59,833 nucleotides of DNA, from NCBI RefSeq assembly GCF_001194135.2, contig NC_068984.1, positions 46,697,719 through 46,757,551 on the forward strand, read 5' to 3'. The notes below the pieces were generated by a model, which made no database searches, had not been told where the DNA came from, and saw nothing but the letters and a program-made list of their open reading frames with translations. The stretch is from Octopus bimaculoides (Eukaryota). How positions within the stretch are numbered: position 1 is the first letter of the stretch; every line of letters starts with the position of its first letter. Made by a program: the position numbers and the translations under genes. Positions 36,815 to 50,491 of this stretch are shown here, piece by piece.

Positions 36815-39800
36815 ATGTATATGTACATATGTATGTATGTATATGTATATGTTTGTGTGTGAATGTCTTTCTATATTGAAATAAAAACTATTTTACATTA
36901 ATTGAAGGACTATTCACCACATTTGGTACAGTGCATATATATTGTACTTTATGCGTATATGATTTTAAATGTACAACAAATAGAGATCTTAGAATATGGT
37001 CAAATCCTGAACTGTTCGCCTCTTATAAATTAGAATGCATTCCAGCAGATTAAATGTATCAAAAGGTTAATTTAAATATCATAGGTTTTTGGGAGCATGT
37101 TGTTCGGACTGTTTTTTATATTGAACTGTTCTAGATTTGATTACCTGATTTCATTTAAAATCTGTACTATGCTGTAATTACTCGACTTTTGTCATGCAGC
37201 TCACATTCACTGGTATAAAGAAACTCATCTTTAAGTAGAAAATCACGAAAATAAAGAACATGATAAATGCACTTTAGTCTACTCGATACAAGCTGTTGTA
37301 GAGTTTTAATTTTCCAAAGCAATTATCACGTATCCTTCTGTAAATAAAATGTTAGTATTCGTAATGTGGTAGCTTTTAAACCATTATGAGATGTTGCTCC
37401 ATATCGTATCCAAGTGCATATATTCTTGCTTTCACCCTTTCTTCCAAAACCATAAATGTATTCGCAAATCCCGTTGTTATCCTGCAATGAACTTCGGTTT
37501 TCATACTTCTTAGAGAGAAGGAATATATGGCTAGTTTTGTCAGTCATAAAACAAATATCTGTATGCGATAAGAATCAGTCAAGGATTTTCTGAGAAATTA
37601 ATAATGTAGGATTATGTTAATATTTTCAATTTTATCTTATCTCAGGAACTTCCATTCTCAACTGTTATTGAAATTCTTATATTTATGTATTATCTCACTT
37701 AAGTTTGGATTATATATTCTATTTGTTCTGGTTTTGTTTTATTGCATTTATATCTATGGACTGTTATATGAAGATCAATATGTATTGTCCATTTTTCTAT
37801 TTCCTAGTGACATATTTGTAATTAATTTTGATTAAATTTGTCGTTCAAATCATTTAATACTTGTAGGCTTCATGAAATTGTTTCAGTATAATATTTTATT
37901 GATGACACATTTTCTTCACAATAATTTTACTCAGAGGGAGAACAATGACCCATGGTATAGTAAATTCTTATATAGAGGAACAGCAAATGACTGAAAATCT
38001 AGTTGGGATTGACAATTTTCGCTTTTATAAACATGCCGGAATCTGTCAAATAAAATAGAGCGAGTTAAAGAATATCGATTTACTGTGAACAAACTCTTTA
38101 TGGTGGGAAACAACTTGAATATGATCACTTTATTAAAAATTTGAGAAAATATATACGGGATCTATTCTTTAAACGAATTGGTAAAAGCAACAGACATGTG
38201 TCATTCATGACATTCATATTGCTGCTGATGGTGATGATGACGTTCAAAATGATGATTATTAGAATGACGAACATAAAAATCATAGTTAGCACGATGTTTA
38301 TGGAAATATCGATGTTGTTATTAAGAATTATTAGAATAATGGAATTGAATGTAATAGCCACGGTGATGATGACGACGATTGCTGGAGACAATGACTCTAA
38401 CTCTGCTGTGACTTTTCTTGTTGCTGCTACTGCTGCCACAATTATTTTTACTGCTACTATTACTACCGGTGATAATGATAATGACTAATTTATTATTGTC
38501 TCGCTCAATATAGGTTGGCAGAAACAAAATATAATTCGTACCTGGTGCATCATTCAAATAAAGCTGAATTATATTTTTGGAACGTAATGTATGTCGACTT
38601 CCTATTGTTTGCCGAAATCATATTAGACATATTTAGATCTATAGGCGATTTTAGAATTCAACTCGAGAAACTTTCACGTAAGCGGCATGAGGTCTTCAAA
38701 GGGAAAAAAGCTGAATAAGAGTTATTAAATAGCGAAATAGACGAATTAATAAAGGCAGATATTTTATTTCGAGATATAGAAATATAAGAGTGGAAGAGTA
38801 AAAATGTAAAGGAAGCACACACACACACACCTAAACGCACGCTCAGATACAATGAGACGCGCATGCGCACACGTATATTGATACATGCAAGTAAGTAAAT
38901 GCGTAGCTTGATTACAGAAATAGTAAAAGTAAAGATAGAGAAGGAAGCAAAATTTGATAAGTAGATAAATAGATATATAGACATATAGTTGAAAGGAATT
39001 TTATAAGAGAAAGGACGAAAGAAATCAAGAAAAGAAAAATCTACCATTATGAAAAAAAGAATTATAAGTAATGAGTAGAGAATAAGAGAGAAAATGGAAG
39101 ACAAAAGTAAGAAGAAAACTGTTAAAAGAGAGGAGATAAACGGACAATTGATATGAAGATTGAAAGCAAGGAAAGAATTGTAAACGGAAAGAAAATAAAC
39201 TAGATATATAGACAAAAAATACGAAAAACTGGAAAAACCAGTGAACAAAAGAAGAAAACATCATCATGAATCAGAGAAATAGGAGGAGATAGAAATGAAT
39301 AAATATTTCTCTGTGAAGGAATGTGATGAGGAAAGAGAGTAAAGTGTTGAAGAGGTGAGTAATGAAATAGATAACGAAAGGAAGTACAAATAAATATGGA
39401 AATGAAGGCAGTAACGAAGATAAAATAAATATATGATAGATACAGAATTCAGTGAAAATATGGAAAAGTGAATAAAGGAACTATAAAAATAGAGGTTGAA
39501 ATATTTATATAAGATAAATATCAAAAGAAATATTTGTCGTGCTAAATACACAAATTAGAAGGAAGTCAGGAAAAGGAATACAGAAAAGAATGATGATAAA
39601 TAATGAATGTAACGATAACCCTCCCCCACCTCGCAAACAAAAACCAATAAAATAGTAAAAGAATTACTTTTCACAAATCAATAAATTGCTAGTTACCATA
39701 ATGGCATCCCAGGCAACGCTGGAATTCATCTGGCAAAACCTGCTGTCATACTAAATTCACGTGAAGAGTTTCTTGCTTGCTTTAAGGTGTATTTGCATGT

Positions 39801-39959
39801 TTTACATATTGTAAGAAAAATTATAATTCTTGAGTTTACAAACCAAAAAGTTTGTTTCTTTGGGGGAAAATATTTTCAAAAGTACCAGACGGTCTAAATT
39901 TGAAAAGGCAGCTATGAGCACACCAGTACATTAAACCTGTTCATTGAAATTCTATCTGA

Positions 39960-40105
39960 GTGTCTGTATGGTGATAAGCGTGCTTCCCAGCCACACAGTT
40001 CGAGGTTCAGTTCTTCTGTGCAGTACCTGGACAAGTGTTTTCTACTATAACCGATCAAAGCTTTGTGAATGGATTTCGTAGACGGAAACTGAAAAAAAGC
40101 CTGTA
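39960..40105 (+). mobile_element. SINE 5' part
   Basis: Aligns with 44895-45040 (GCTTCCCAGCCACACAGTTC...CAAGTGTTTTCTACTATA...GTAGACGGAAACTGAAA). Confidence 0.75.
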
Positions 40106-40189
40106 TGTAATGTACTGGTAAGACGAACAAAAACAAGTACTCGATCTGGTGAGAGATAAATATTATTTAATAGACGTAATACAGGTTTT

Positions 40190-40246
40190 CATGCGCTTAA
40201 AAGTTTCATATGTCGAGAAATACTCGAACATATACATCAGACACAA
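40190..40246 (-). ncRNA. Degenerate type I hammerhead ribozyme in PLE 3' flank
   Basis: Minus strand: UGUGU-CUGAUG(U)-[AUAUG U UCGAG UAUUU CUCGA CAUAU]-GAAAC-UUUUAA-G-C-GCAUG. Stem II has 10 bp. A9 appears changed to U and U16.1 appears lost. Confidence 0.55.
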
Positions 40247-40443
40247 ACCATATTTGAAGAACTAAAAATTGAATGAGAGGATAAACGTGAAAAGCTAACA
40301 TGAAAGCATTTAGAAAACGTGGAATGTTAAAAGACGAAGAAAAAAAAAGGAAAACGTAAAAATAAAACGTAAAAAGTATAAAAAACGTAAGATATTTATA
40401 CTCCCTAGTCCTTAAATTATAAGGCTGGAAAGATATCAACAAG

Positions 40444-40690
40444 CTAATCAAGTATAGGCAGAATTTTCCAATTCTTCAAAATGTAGTTAAACATATGTTT
40501 ACAACCGCTGAAAAGTTCCGATCTAGAGTTCAGTAGTGAGTTAAGTATCTTAGATCTGAAAAGGATCTGAATTATTTTAGCTAAACGTAGCTTACATTTG
40601 TTTGATCCATTAACATAAGGTGTGGATTTTTCAATTAATCTCCATTTAATTATTTGCGGTATTGCGTTAGATTTCAAAATTCATAGGTGT
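40444..40690 (-). mobile_element. Penelope-like element, C-terminal part of GIY-YIG endonuclease
   Basis: IKWRLIEKSTPYVNGSNKCKLRLAK...LLNSRSELFSGCKH matches the W...PY..G...CxLCL.EK...LLNxRSE...CRH tail of PLE endonucleases. Confidence 0.8.
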
Positions 40691-40837
40691 ATGTATGTAC
40701 ATATATATAAATATATATATGTATGTATATATATATTTATATATATACAAGCATACATATATGTACGTGTGTATATGCGCGTGCGCGCTTGTGTGTATGT
40801 GTGCGTGTGTGTGTGTGTGTGTTTGCGTCTGCGTTTG

Positions 40838-41010
40838 ACAACAGGTGCTGTTGTGATTACTACCCCGTAACTCAGCGGTTCCGCTAAATAGGCCGATAGA
40901 AGTACCAGGCTTTAAAAATATAATTGGGTCGATACATTGACTAAAAATTCTTCAAGGCCATGCCACAGCATGGCTACAGACAAATGACTGAAACAAGCAA
41001 AAAAGAAAAA
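40838..41010 (+). mobile_element. SINE 3' half
   Basis: Shares its tail with 19600-19700 and 45200-45260. Confidence 0.75.
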
Positions 41011-44000
41011 TGACAAATATGTGCATTCAAGAATATACATATCTTTCAAAGTAAATCTTAATACATGCAATAGAGATAAATTATAAAATGTGACAGTTAT
41101 ATATAATCAGGTGTGTTTAATAATGTATAAATATAAGATTGGCTTACCTTACTTCCAGCCGCAATTGGTTACTTTTCTTTACTATTCTGATTTCCAATAT
41201 CGTCAGCGAGAGTGGTGCTTTTTGTCATTCTAGGGTTCTTAAGGAAACAGGACTATGAATTGTGATCGGTTTGCTAAACAATACGTTCTCTCGAAATTTT
41301 AAACTTGTAACAATATAGGAAATCATTAATTTACAAAATGTATTAGATTGATATGATTTTCTTTCTTTCTTCTTTCTTTTTTTTTTTTTTGCTTAACATT
41401 ACAAAAACATCCTACGATGAATAACTTAGGATTATGTTTGTATACAACTTGTTTCATAAACCTGATATTTATTATGATTTAAATATAGTTAAGACACTTC
41501 ACTGACTCGTAAATATTTCATTGACATTCTTTGGTAATATTGCCATAGTGGAAAACCGACTTGGCAAAAGAGGTTTGCTCCACATAACTAATACGAAAAC
41601 ATAATTGTCATATAAAGACGTTACAAACTAATTAATTTTGATATTACACCATTCCCACAGTCCTATCACACAGCAGCATCCATTTCTATAATCATTTTTA
41701 TACATGGATATACTTGTAATTAATTACTTAATACTATTTCAAAAATACTATTTCGATACTATGTATCACAAGATTATACAATCAGTTAGGTAATACAGGT
41801 TTTATCTCACTCTCGTATCAAGTATAATTTTCAAGCTACATACCTTAGATTCACTAAAACTATTTTGATCTTTATATAATTATTTCAATAAAAATAACTA
41901 TTAACATTTACTGTTCATATTTAAAGACCTAATTTTGTAAATTCGATGATTTTATAAAACAATTGTATGTAGAAAGGGCTCACCTAATTATTTGGCAATA
42001 ACAGCTTGATTATTTAGTTGAAATCTCTTGATTTCTTACAAATGTACAAAGTCCCGAATTTACTTTGGAGAAAAGTCGATTATACTAAAACAATGTTTCA
42101 CAGCTCTTTATTTGAACACACACGGAATGATGAATAAAGTGAGATTCGAACAACGAACACGAAAGAACATAAACAAATACCATAAAGCATTCTGTATAAG
42201 AATATAACAATTTTCACGAATATGAGGATATTTAAAGATTTGTCGATAAATGAAATCATTAGTATTATAAATGAGTATGCGTTTTTATTCATGCTTCATA
42301 GCGAATCGTCAAAATTGTTGTTATAAAATGGACTATATATAAATCTTGTACAGTTAAATCATGATGTATATTCATTTCAGGTATATACAATCATAAAGCC
42401 CCAACTAAAAGAAATAATTAGGACGAGTATAATAGGATGTTTTGATCCATTGTAAGATAGCACTGATAATGAATCTTGAGCTTGTTTATTCAAAGTTTCC
42501 GTGGAATAAAGAGAACGGCCATATTTGTTTATACGGCATGACGTTATTTTTCTTGATTCTAACACAGTTTGAATCTAACAACGTTATTTTTATGCCAAAT
42601 ACATCTATATTACATGCAGTACTCATGATATTCAAATGAACGACAAAAGAATTTGACAGAAACAAAAAGAACTTATATACATACACATGTGTTTTCATAT
42701 TATGCTGAGACGGATGCCAACATAAAAGTGATCTATTTGTTTCACGGCAAATTAGAGAGAACTGATGAAAGTTGTCAAATACAAGACATTATGGTTAAAA
42801 AAGAATAAGAAGATTGGCAAGCATCAGTTGTGTGAAACAACAGTTGGAAAATATAAACTCAAGATTACAGACAGGTTAAAAATATGATTGATGGCTTTTA
42901 TGAAGTGTTTGTTCGGTGGCTGTAAAACTGTATTATTTAAATGATCTCATCTTTAATATTTCCCAGATTGCTTGAAGTTACATAAATTTAAAACCATGTA
43001 AAATAAATAAATAAATAATAGAATTATTAACTTTCTCTGTTTTCCTATCATTATCGTGTAGTATTTCTATACCTTATCGAAGGAAACTAGTTTTCCTTAT
43101 TTCGAGGTCGATATAATTATCTATGCTGTCTCTAAGAAATATTTTAGGCATTGGGGTTATTAGAAATAATTTTTTCCTCAATAAGTAGATTTTTTTGTCA
43201 TAACAGCATATTTCGATATATAATTTTAAGTAAACTAATAATACAATTGAACCCTCTAAACACACAGTGATTAGCTGGACACTGTTTTAATCACTAAAAG
43301 TGAAATACTTTAGAGACCATAAAATTATTGTTATTTTTTCCTCTAAAATTATTTACTTAGGAATAGGCTGGCATATTGAATCAAAAATGAACCAAATATG
43401 ACTTTAATTCTCGTTTAACTCCACATAATAGAAACGTTAACCCTATGTTTGATCCTAATGTTGTTTCTAACTGAAAACATAAGAAAGTTTATGTCTCCAA
43501 TAAAGCGAACTAGTATCACAAACCTTTTGTGTGTTAGTTTCCTTTGCAGTGTTCTCAGCATATCAGTGTCTGTGACTGATGGGGATATGCCGACGAGAAT
43601 TTTTACATGAAACGCCAACGGGTGGATTATTGTTATCAGATAGAAATGTCATGTTAGTTTTTTTCTTTGCAAGTATTGTCGCAGAGTAGCGATTAATTCT
43701 TCTCCTAACCATGGAGATATTTATCAAGTTTCAAATTTAATGTAAGGTTATCCTCACTTTCCTTACGTCACTAGTTACATTAAGAAGGGTATAATTTTCA
43801 TAAGTCTAATGCTCAAAGCGTCTACAATAATAGTTTGTTGGTAAGAATGAAAAAGAAATAAGTATACTAACATGCAAATTTAAGAGTGCTGCAAAAGGTT
43901 AGATTAACTCAAAGTAAGTCGAGGAAAAAATCTGGTTCCGATTCCCTGACTAAGGTACCTGTGTTGGTTTTACTGGTGAAACTAATACGATTTGGAAAAT

Positions 44001-44880
44001 AATATACACCTCAATATCTAATTTCTCATTTATTTAGAAACACTGAAAAAAAAATGAAAATATATATTACGCTGACAAGTTCTATATCACATAAAGCAAT
44101 TATCGGTAAACTGCAACTGAGGTGCAATTCCTATTCTTTATTAAACGCATTTATATTGTTTACTCCACTAGTTCTATTGTAAGACGCATGGAAAGCGAAA
44201 ACGACACTTAATATTTGTGTTCATAAAAGTGTGAACAGCAAGAATTTGCTTTAAAATGAGGCACGCATTTAAAATTAATTTGATGTTCTGCAAGCTATTT
44301 TCAAAATCAAATTGTCATTTCATACCAATTATTCTTTAGAAATGCCAAACGTTTTAATACCCACCTGTTTCACTGAGAACGATTTGATAAATTGTGCACT
44401 GTAATGGAATCTACATCTTATCAAAATACAAATGTAAGACAAAGAAATTGATTTTCAGTAGAGTTATATGGAATAAAGCCAGAAACAATGTCTCCAGTTT
44501 AAAAATGCGCACCAAAATTAAGTTTTGAACTTTATCACAATTCCATCTGAACTGAGGAAATATATGATCAAATGGATAAGCGCTATTATCAGTCACTTAC
44601 GGGAGGTCAATTGAAGTATGTAATGTATCCATCTGTGGTCAAAGTTGAGATTAAACTTCTGTTTCCAGTATTTCGCGTAACCAAGTGGAGATTCTTATCA
44701 TGTGCTCGTAAAATTGTTGTGGCTAGAGGGACGTTAGCAGAAATAATTGTTCATATCCGGTCTAATTCACTTAAAGACGCTTCTCAAGTTTTAAAATTTT
44801 ACATGTATTTGTTATTCCATAAAATCTGCGATAACATCAAAAGACAGGTGCATACGATCGTCACAGACAATGACAATGAA

Positions 44881-45260
44881 CATGGTGTACCTGTGTAGTA
44901 AGAAGCTTGCTTCCAAACCACACAGTTCCGGGCTCATTCCCACTAGGTGGTACCTTGTGCAAGTGTCTTCTACTATAGCGTCGAGCCGACCAAAGCCTTG
45001 TGAGTGGATTTGGTAGACGGAACCTGAAAGAAGCCCGTCGTGTATATATATTTATGTGTGTGTGTGTGTGTTTGTGTTTGTTCCCTCCCCATCGATTGGT
45101 AACCGATGTTAGGGTGTGTACGTCCCTGTAACTCAGTAGTTCGGCAAAAAGACACCGAATGAATAAGTACTATGCTTACAAAGAGCATGTCCTGCGGTCG
45201 ATTTCTTCGACTAAAAAGACTCTAAGGTTTTAAGTCAAGTGACTGAAACATATAAAAATA
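44881..45260 (+). mobile_element. Near full-length SINE with internal (TG)n
   Basis: tRNA-like head (GTAGTAAGAAGCTTGC...GTTCCGGGCTCATTCC), internal (TA)/(TG) run, tail GTCGATTTCTTCGACTAAAA...GACTGAAACA. Parts are shared with other copies in the window. Confidence 0.8.
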
Positions 45261-47612
45261 TAAAAGAATATGATTCAACTACTCATGAATGTGCTCATGT
45301 GTTCTAATTCAAGCGTTAAGAGTACTTGTGATAGGAATGAGGCACGTCAGCTTTTTCAATAGTTTTGCTGTGTGAGTCTTCATGTGAATATGATTATGCA
45401 TCGTGATGTGATTCCGCATGCAATAGTGATAACAACGTTCTCAAGGCATTTGTCTTTGAATGAACAAAATATTACGCTTAAAATGTTACATTATACCATG
45501 AAAAATAATTATGAGTGTTCTCCAAGATAAGTTAATCCTATTGCATTGGAGTATAATGTGTTGTAATTTTCCATACATATATTGCTAAACGGTGAGATAT
45601 TTTATGATCATGGCCAGGAGATTTTTTTTTTACTTTAATCCAGATAACAGATGCTTACTTTTCTGTTTTGTTTTTTAATTTAATTTTTAATCCACTTAAT
45701 TTATTATTGTAAACGAGACTTACTTTGAAGCGGCTTATACGGGTTTTAACTCAATATTAAGTCTTTTCTGTGCAATATTTGTATTTTCCTACTAATATTG
45801 TTACAAGATTTTATATAATTGTAGATTGATGGAATGCATTTTCTTAGTTTATAGCATGACTTCTGCTGTTTTTGCATAAAGATGGTATTTACCAAAAGGG
45901 TACATGTAATTATTCGTCCTGGTTGAGGTATCAGATACTAAATATTAATACAATTGCAATCCTTAGTCAAACTGCATTACTTACCCGACAACAGCTTTTG
46001 CAACTAAACTTACGTTCACTTTCTGTTTGCCGCGCTCAAAAACGTCCAAGAAAAGTAGAAATTTTTGCCTTGGATGAAATACAACTAGTTTTGGAAGGAG
46101 ATGTAATAGCATGATCTTCACAGGTGCTGCGAGACATTGTCATTGATACTGTTATAAAAATGCATTTTCATCTGGCAAATAGCAAGCGCAATGCTTGTCC
46201 TCCCACACTCACCAGATAAAAACTAAGACGAGCTGTTGCAAGTTTAAAAGTAGAAGAAAAGTATGCGCAGAAATAGGTATTTCACTGAAACGAAGTCATG
46301 CTGAAGAATGTTTAATTAGTGAGTGACCTCGGTTGTCGAAAACAAAATGTTTGAAAACATGGAGAAGAGAGTGAATCGTAAGTGCTTAGGTGGTAATTCA
46401 AATTGAACAGCCAGCTAGTTCTGAGTGTCGGAAACTATTGTAAAAGCGATGCAAAATGCAAAGAGATAAGACCGAAATATATGGGATACACGAGTAAATT
46501 GATTGCAATTTGTCTAATACTGACATTCAAGATGGGTCCTACGATGTTGATGTGTAAAGTGCTACTGTTCTGTGTCAGAGGATAAAGGTAAAATTGAAGT
46601 GGAATTAAGACAACAACGACATCATAAATAATAGTGATATATAATTTAAGACAAAGCCTGCTGTTTTGAGAGGATAAATTTAGTCGATTGTATCAACCCC
46701 TCTACTAGACTAGTATATGATATTATTGATTCCGAACATGAAACGAATAGCTCACTTACGTGGTATTTGAAATTTGAACGTAAAGGACTACTACAAATAA
46801 CGATAGTTTATTTTCCAACAACCAAATGATTCTGCAGTTCACCGACTTAAAACAACATGGTTAATACGTGTTTCTGAATAAGGTATAGGGCCAGGAATCT
46901 ATAAAGTGGATGTCTATTCGATTACTCAATACTTGATGAATAGATGTGTTATCGATCCCAGAATCAAGAAATGCTATGCTGACCACTGAAAGATTTGAAC
47001 TCAGAATGTAAAGGTTCGGAAATAGCATCACAAGGAAGTTCGTCCAAAATTTATTAAAAGAATGTTTTCGTTACAATATAATATTCATGTATCTTATTCT
47101 TTAATCATGGGATGAGCATAATGGTGGATACGCACCTATGCTTCTATGAAAGCATGCATATGCATGAAAACACACACACACATACATATATACATACACA
47201 TACGCACTTTCACACACACACACACGGACGCACACATATATATATATGGCATACAGCATATATATGTGTGCATACACTATACACCATATACACCATATCT
47301 CAGCAAAATAATCAATAATTCTTAATAACTTTTAAGATGATAATTAGTTAATATATGACTGTAGAGTGATGTAAATTAAGGTAATGAAAATATAATACAT
47401 ATTTTATTAACATTTTATTTAATTAAGGAAAGAGAATATTGTTGCAAATTACTAGAGAAATTGTAATCAATATTATGTGTAATTTAAAGCTCCTTTTATA
47501 CACACAAACGCACACGCCAAGATACACACAAATAAATGCACATATATGATCACACACACACACACACTCTCTTACACACATACACACACACTCTCTTACA
47601 TACACACACACA

Positions 47613-47665
<53 letters not shown>

Positions 47666-48425
47666 TAGCTATTAGAAACGGAAACAGCCTTTCAAATCAA
47701 TATTAATCTGCATATCTCGCGGAATTTAGACATAGTTTTGAACAGCGTACGCTGCGTGTTGGTTCTGAAAAATCACAGCAAAACGAACGTTAAGAGCTGA
47801 ATAAGAGCGATTGTATCGGCAGAAGAAATTTCGTCGGCACCGGCAAATGGGAATGTTGTATAACGTGGTTTCGGCGTAATTTGCGCAAAGTATTCTTAAA
47901 TCATTAGATNNNNNNNNNNNNNNNNNNNNNNNNNNNNNNNNNNNNNNNNNNNNNNNNNNNNNNNNNNNNNNNNNNNNNNNNNNNNNNNNNNNNNNNNNNN
48001 NNNNNNNNNNNNNNNNNNNNNNNNNNNNNNNNNNNNNNNNNNNNNNNNNNNNNNNNNNNNNNNNNNNNNNNNNNNNNNNNNNNNNNNNNNNNNNNNNNNN
48101 NNNNNNNNNNNNNNNNNNNNNNNNNNNNNNNNNNNNNNNNNNNNNNNNNNNNNNNNNNNNNNNNNNNNNNNNNNNNNNNNNNNNNNNNNNNNNNNNNNNN
48201 NNNNNNNNNNNNNNNNNNNNNNNNNNNNNNNNNNNNNNNNNNNNNNNNNNNNNNNNNNNNNNNNNNNNNNNNNNNNNNNNNNNNNNNNNNNNNNNNNNNN
48301 NNNNNNNNNNNNNNNNNNNNNNNNNNNNNNNNNNNNNNNNNNNNNNNNNNNNNNNNNNNNNNNNNNNNNNNNNNNNNNNNNNNNNNNNNNNNNNNNNNNN
48401 NNNNNNNNNNNNNNNNNNNNNNNNN

Positions 48426-48458
<33 letters not shown>

Positions 48459-49119
48459 CATGTGTGTATTTTTCCCTTGTTTACAATTAACACGGAAAAA
48501 ATAAATAAATATGTACCAGGGTAGCAAAAAATCACACAAGTAAAAAGGGCGTAACACCTTGTTTTAAATGTAGAAACTCCGGGTTTACATGAAATATCTT
48601 GTATAATATATATAAATAAATAAATACAGCTAAACGCAGGTGTTATTCAAATTCTTGTACTTCCGGCATATTTCTAAGATATCATTGGTAATATTCAAAA
48701 GGAATAAAATGGTGTAAAACAGTGTAATCTTCTCTTCAGGGAAATGAAGAAATAAAACTCGTCAATAATACATTTTAAGAGAATATGATGGATATGTAAA
48801 ATGATGAACTGAACGCTATTAAGTTTTTTAAAAAAAAACATTAGAGGATATAACGTCAAAGGTAGCCTATAGAAAGAGGAGGGGTGAAGGAAAGAAAAAA
48901 ATCAGAAACTAAATGCATGAGAAGTATAGAACAATATACGAATTAAATAAAACCCTAAAGTCTTGGAAAAAGATATATCTGGTGAAAGCCAAATGTAAGA
49001 AGAAAATCGATGTTTAAATTATATATAATGATAGGTATCACTTATATGAACTAAAGTTGTGTTTCTGCCAATGTTTACATCAGTAAGTACTCCTTGTAAC
49101 TAGGAACTTATTTGAGAAT

Positions 49120-49600
49120 ATTTCATTTAGATTGTCTAAGTTATCTGCTAATGTTGACATTTTCAATGATAAAGCCGAATTTTATAACTCTACCTTACTT
49201 AAATCAGGTTATACTGAGAAAGTTACCTACATTAATTCCATTCAATCTTATTCTACCTTTACTAATAGAGACATAAAATCTGGTTGTAAGGATACCATCG
49301 ATATCAATTTTAATTTATACGCCAGCACCAAACAGAAGAAGGGAGATAACCCTTGTTTAAACCCCTTTTTTTAATTCTAAAGGTAAATCGATGTCTTTTA
49401 AAGATAGTTACACTAAAAATAAGGCAACTAATAGTAAAACTATTTGGTTGATTATTCCTTATGGGAGGCAAATTAAATCTAATCTTCCTTTGCAGTTTCG
49501 GTAAGCTATTATTAGGAATCTTCCAAAGGATTCTAGGTATTACTCTAATATAAACTCGCACACATTCTTTTTGATGTATTTAATTATTAAATTGTTCTAT
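49120..49600 (+). mobile_element. Penelope-like element, RT thumb/linker fragment
   Basis: SKLSANVDIFNDKAEFYNSTLLKSGYTEKVTY and TIWLIIPYGRQIKSNLP...RNLPKDSRYYSNINSHT resemble the PLE ISxLSS...IF...Y..AL..SGY and IWFNPP...HFP...IFNRNT motifs. Confidence 0.7.
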
Positions 49601-50408
49601 GTCTGTGGATTTTCATGGATGACTCCATGAACTTTGGTTCTTATCTTTAAATTATATATTTATATACCTTATATACTGTCAAACTTAATTTAATTTTAAT
49701 TTTTGATAATAAATTGAATTTAATTGAGTTTTAACATGTAAAATTGGATTTTTATCCCTAATATATATATGCATGAGGGTGCGTGCATGGGAGTGTGGGA
49801 GAGTGTGTATGCTTGTGTGTGTTTCGGTATCTATTTCTATGGCCCTTAGGTGTTTGAAAGAATAGTAAGGTTGTCAATCTAGACCATTGTAGATGTAACG
49901 AGACTAATACAGACACGTCTTCCGGAAAGAGAGTGGAAGGTGTAGACAGAAAATATTATAATAGAATTACTCACAGTAGACATTGTGATTTAGTCATCAA
50001 CATACCAAAGTTATAAAAGGCAAACCTGATCTCAACGAAGGTGGGAGAAAAAAAATTAAATAGTTATTGCACAGCACCATATCAGACTCGTCATTAATTT
50101 CGGCAATTAGTCGGCAATGTATTGTGTTGAGTCAAAAGTTTTGCAATATTTTGGTAAGCTATTTACTTTATTCGTCAAGTTACAATAAAAGTAGCCTAGC
50201 ATTCAAAGTAAACGCCATCGTACTGCAGCATGCAAAGCCACCTTTCTGCCTGTTCATTGATCCAACGCTAGTACCAGTTCCTGGCCTGTGACGTGAAGAA
50301 CTCGTTCACTGAATTTTCCTTTTCATTGATGAAGCGCCGAGACAGCGTGAAACCGATAGAATCGACATACTTGTATGTCTACTCTGTAGTTTACACATAC
50401 ACTCACAG

Positions 50409-50491
<83 letters not shown>

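Noticed and set aside
35781-36884. Long ORFs in the track (for example 367, 332, 302 and 269 aa)
   Set aside because: They run through N-gaps and dinucleotide repeats, so they are artefacts.
38740-39600. Purine-rich plus strand with hydrophobic minus-strand ORFs
   Set aside because: Low-complexity A/G tract. The F/L/S/I-rich ORFs follow from composition.
43548-43655. Frame CSQHISVCD*WGYADENFYMKRQRVDYCYQIEMSC with in-frame TGA (possible selenocysteine)
   Set aside because: No selenoprotein homology recognised and no SECIS identified. Most likely chance.
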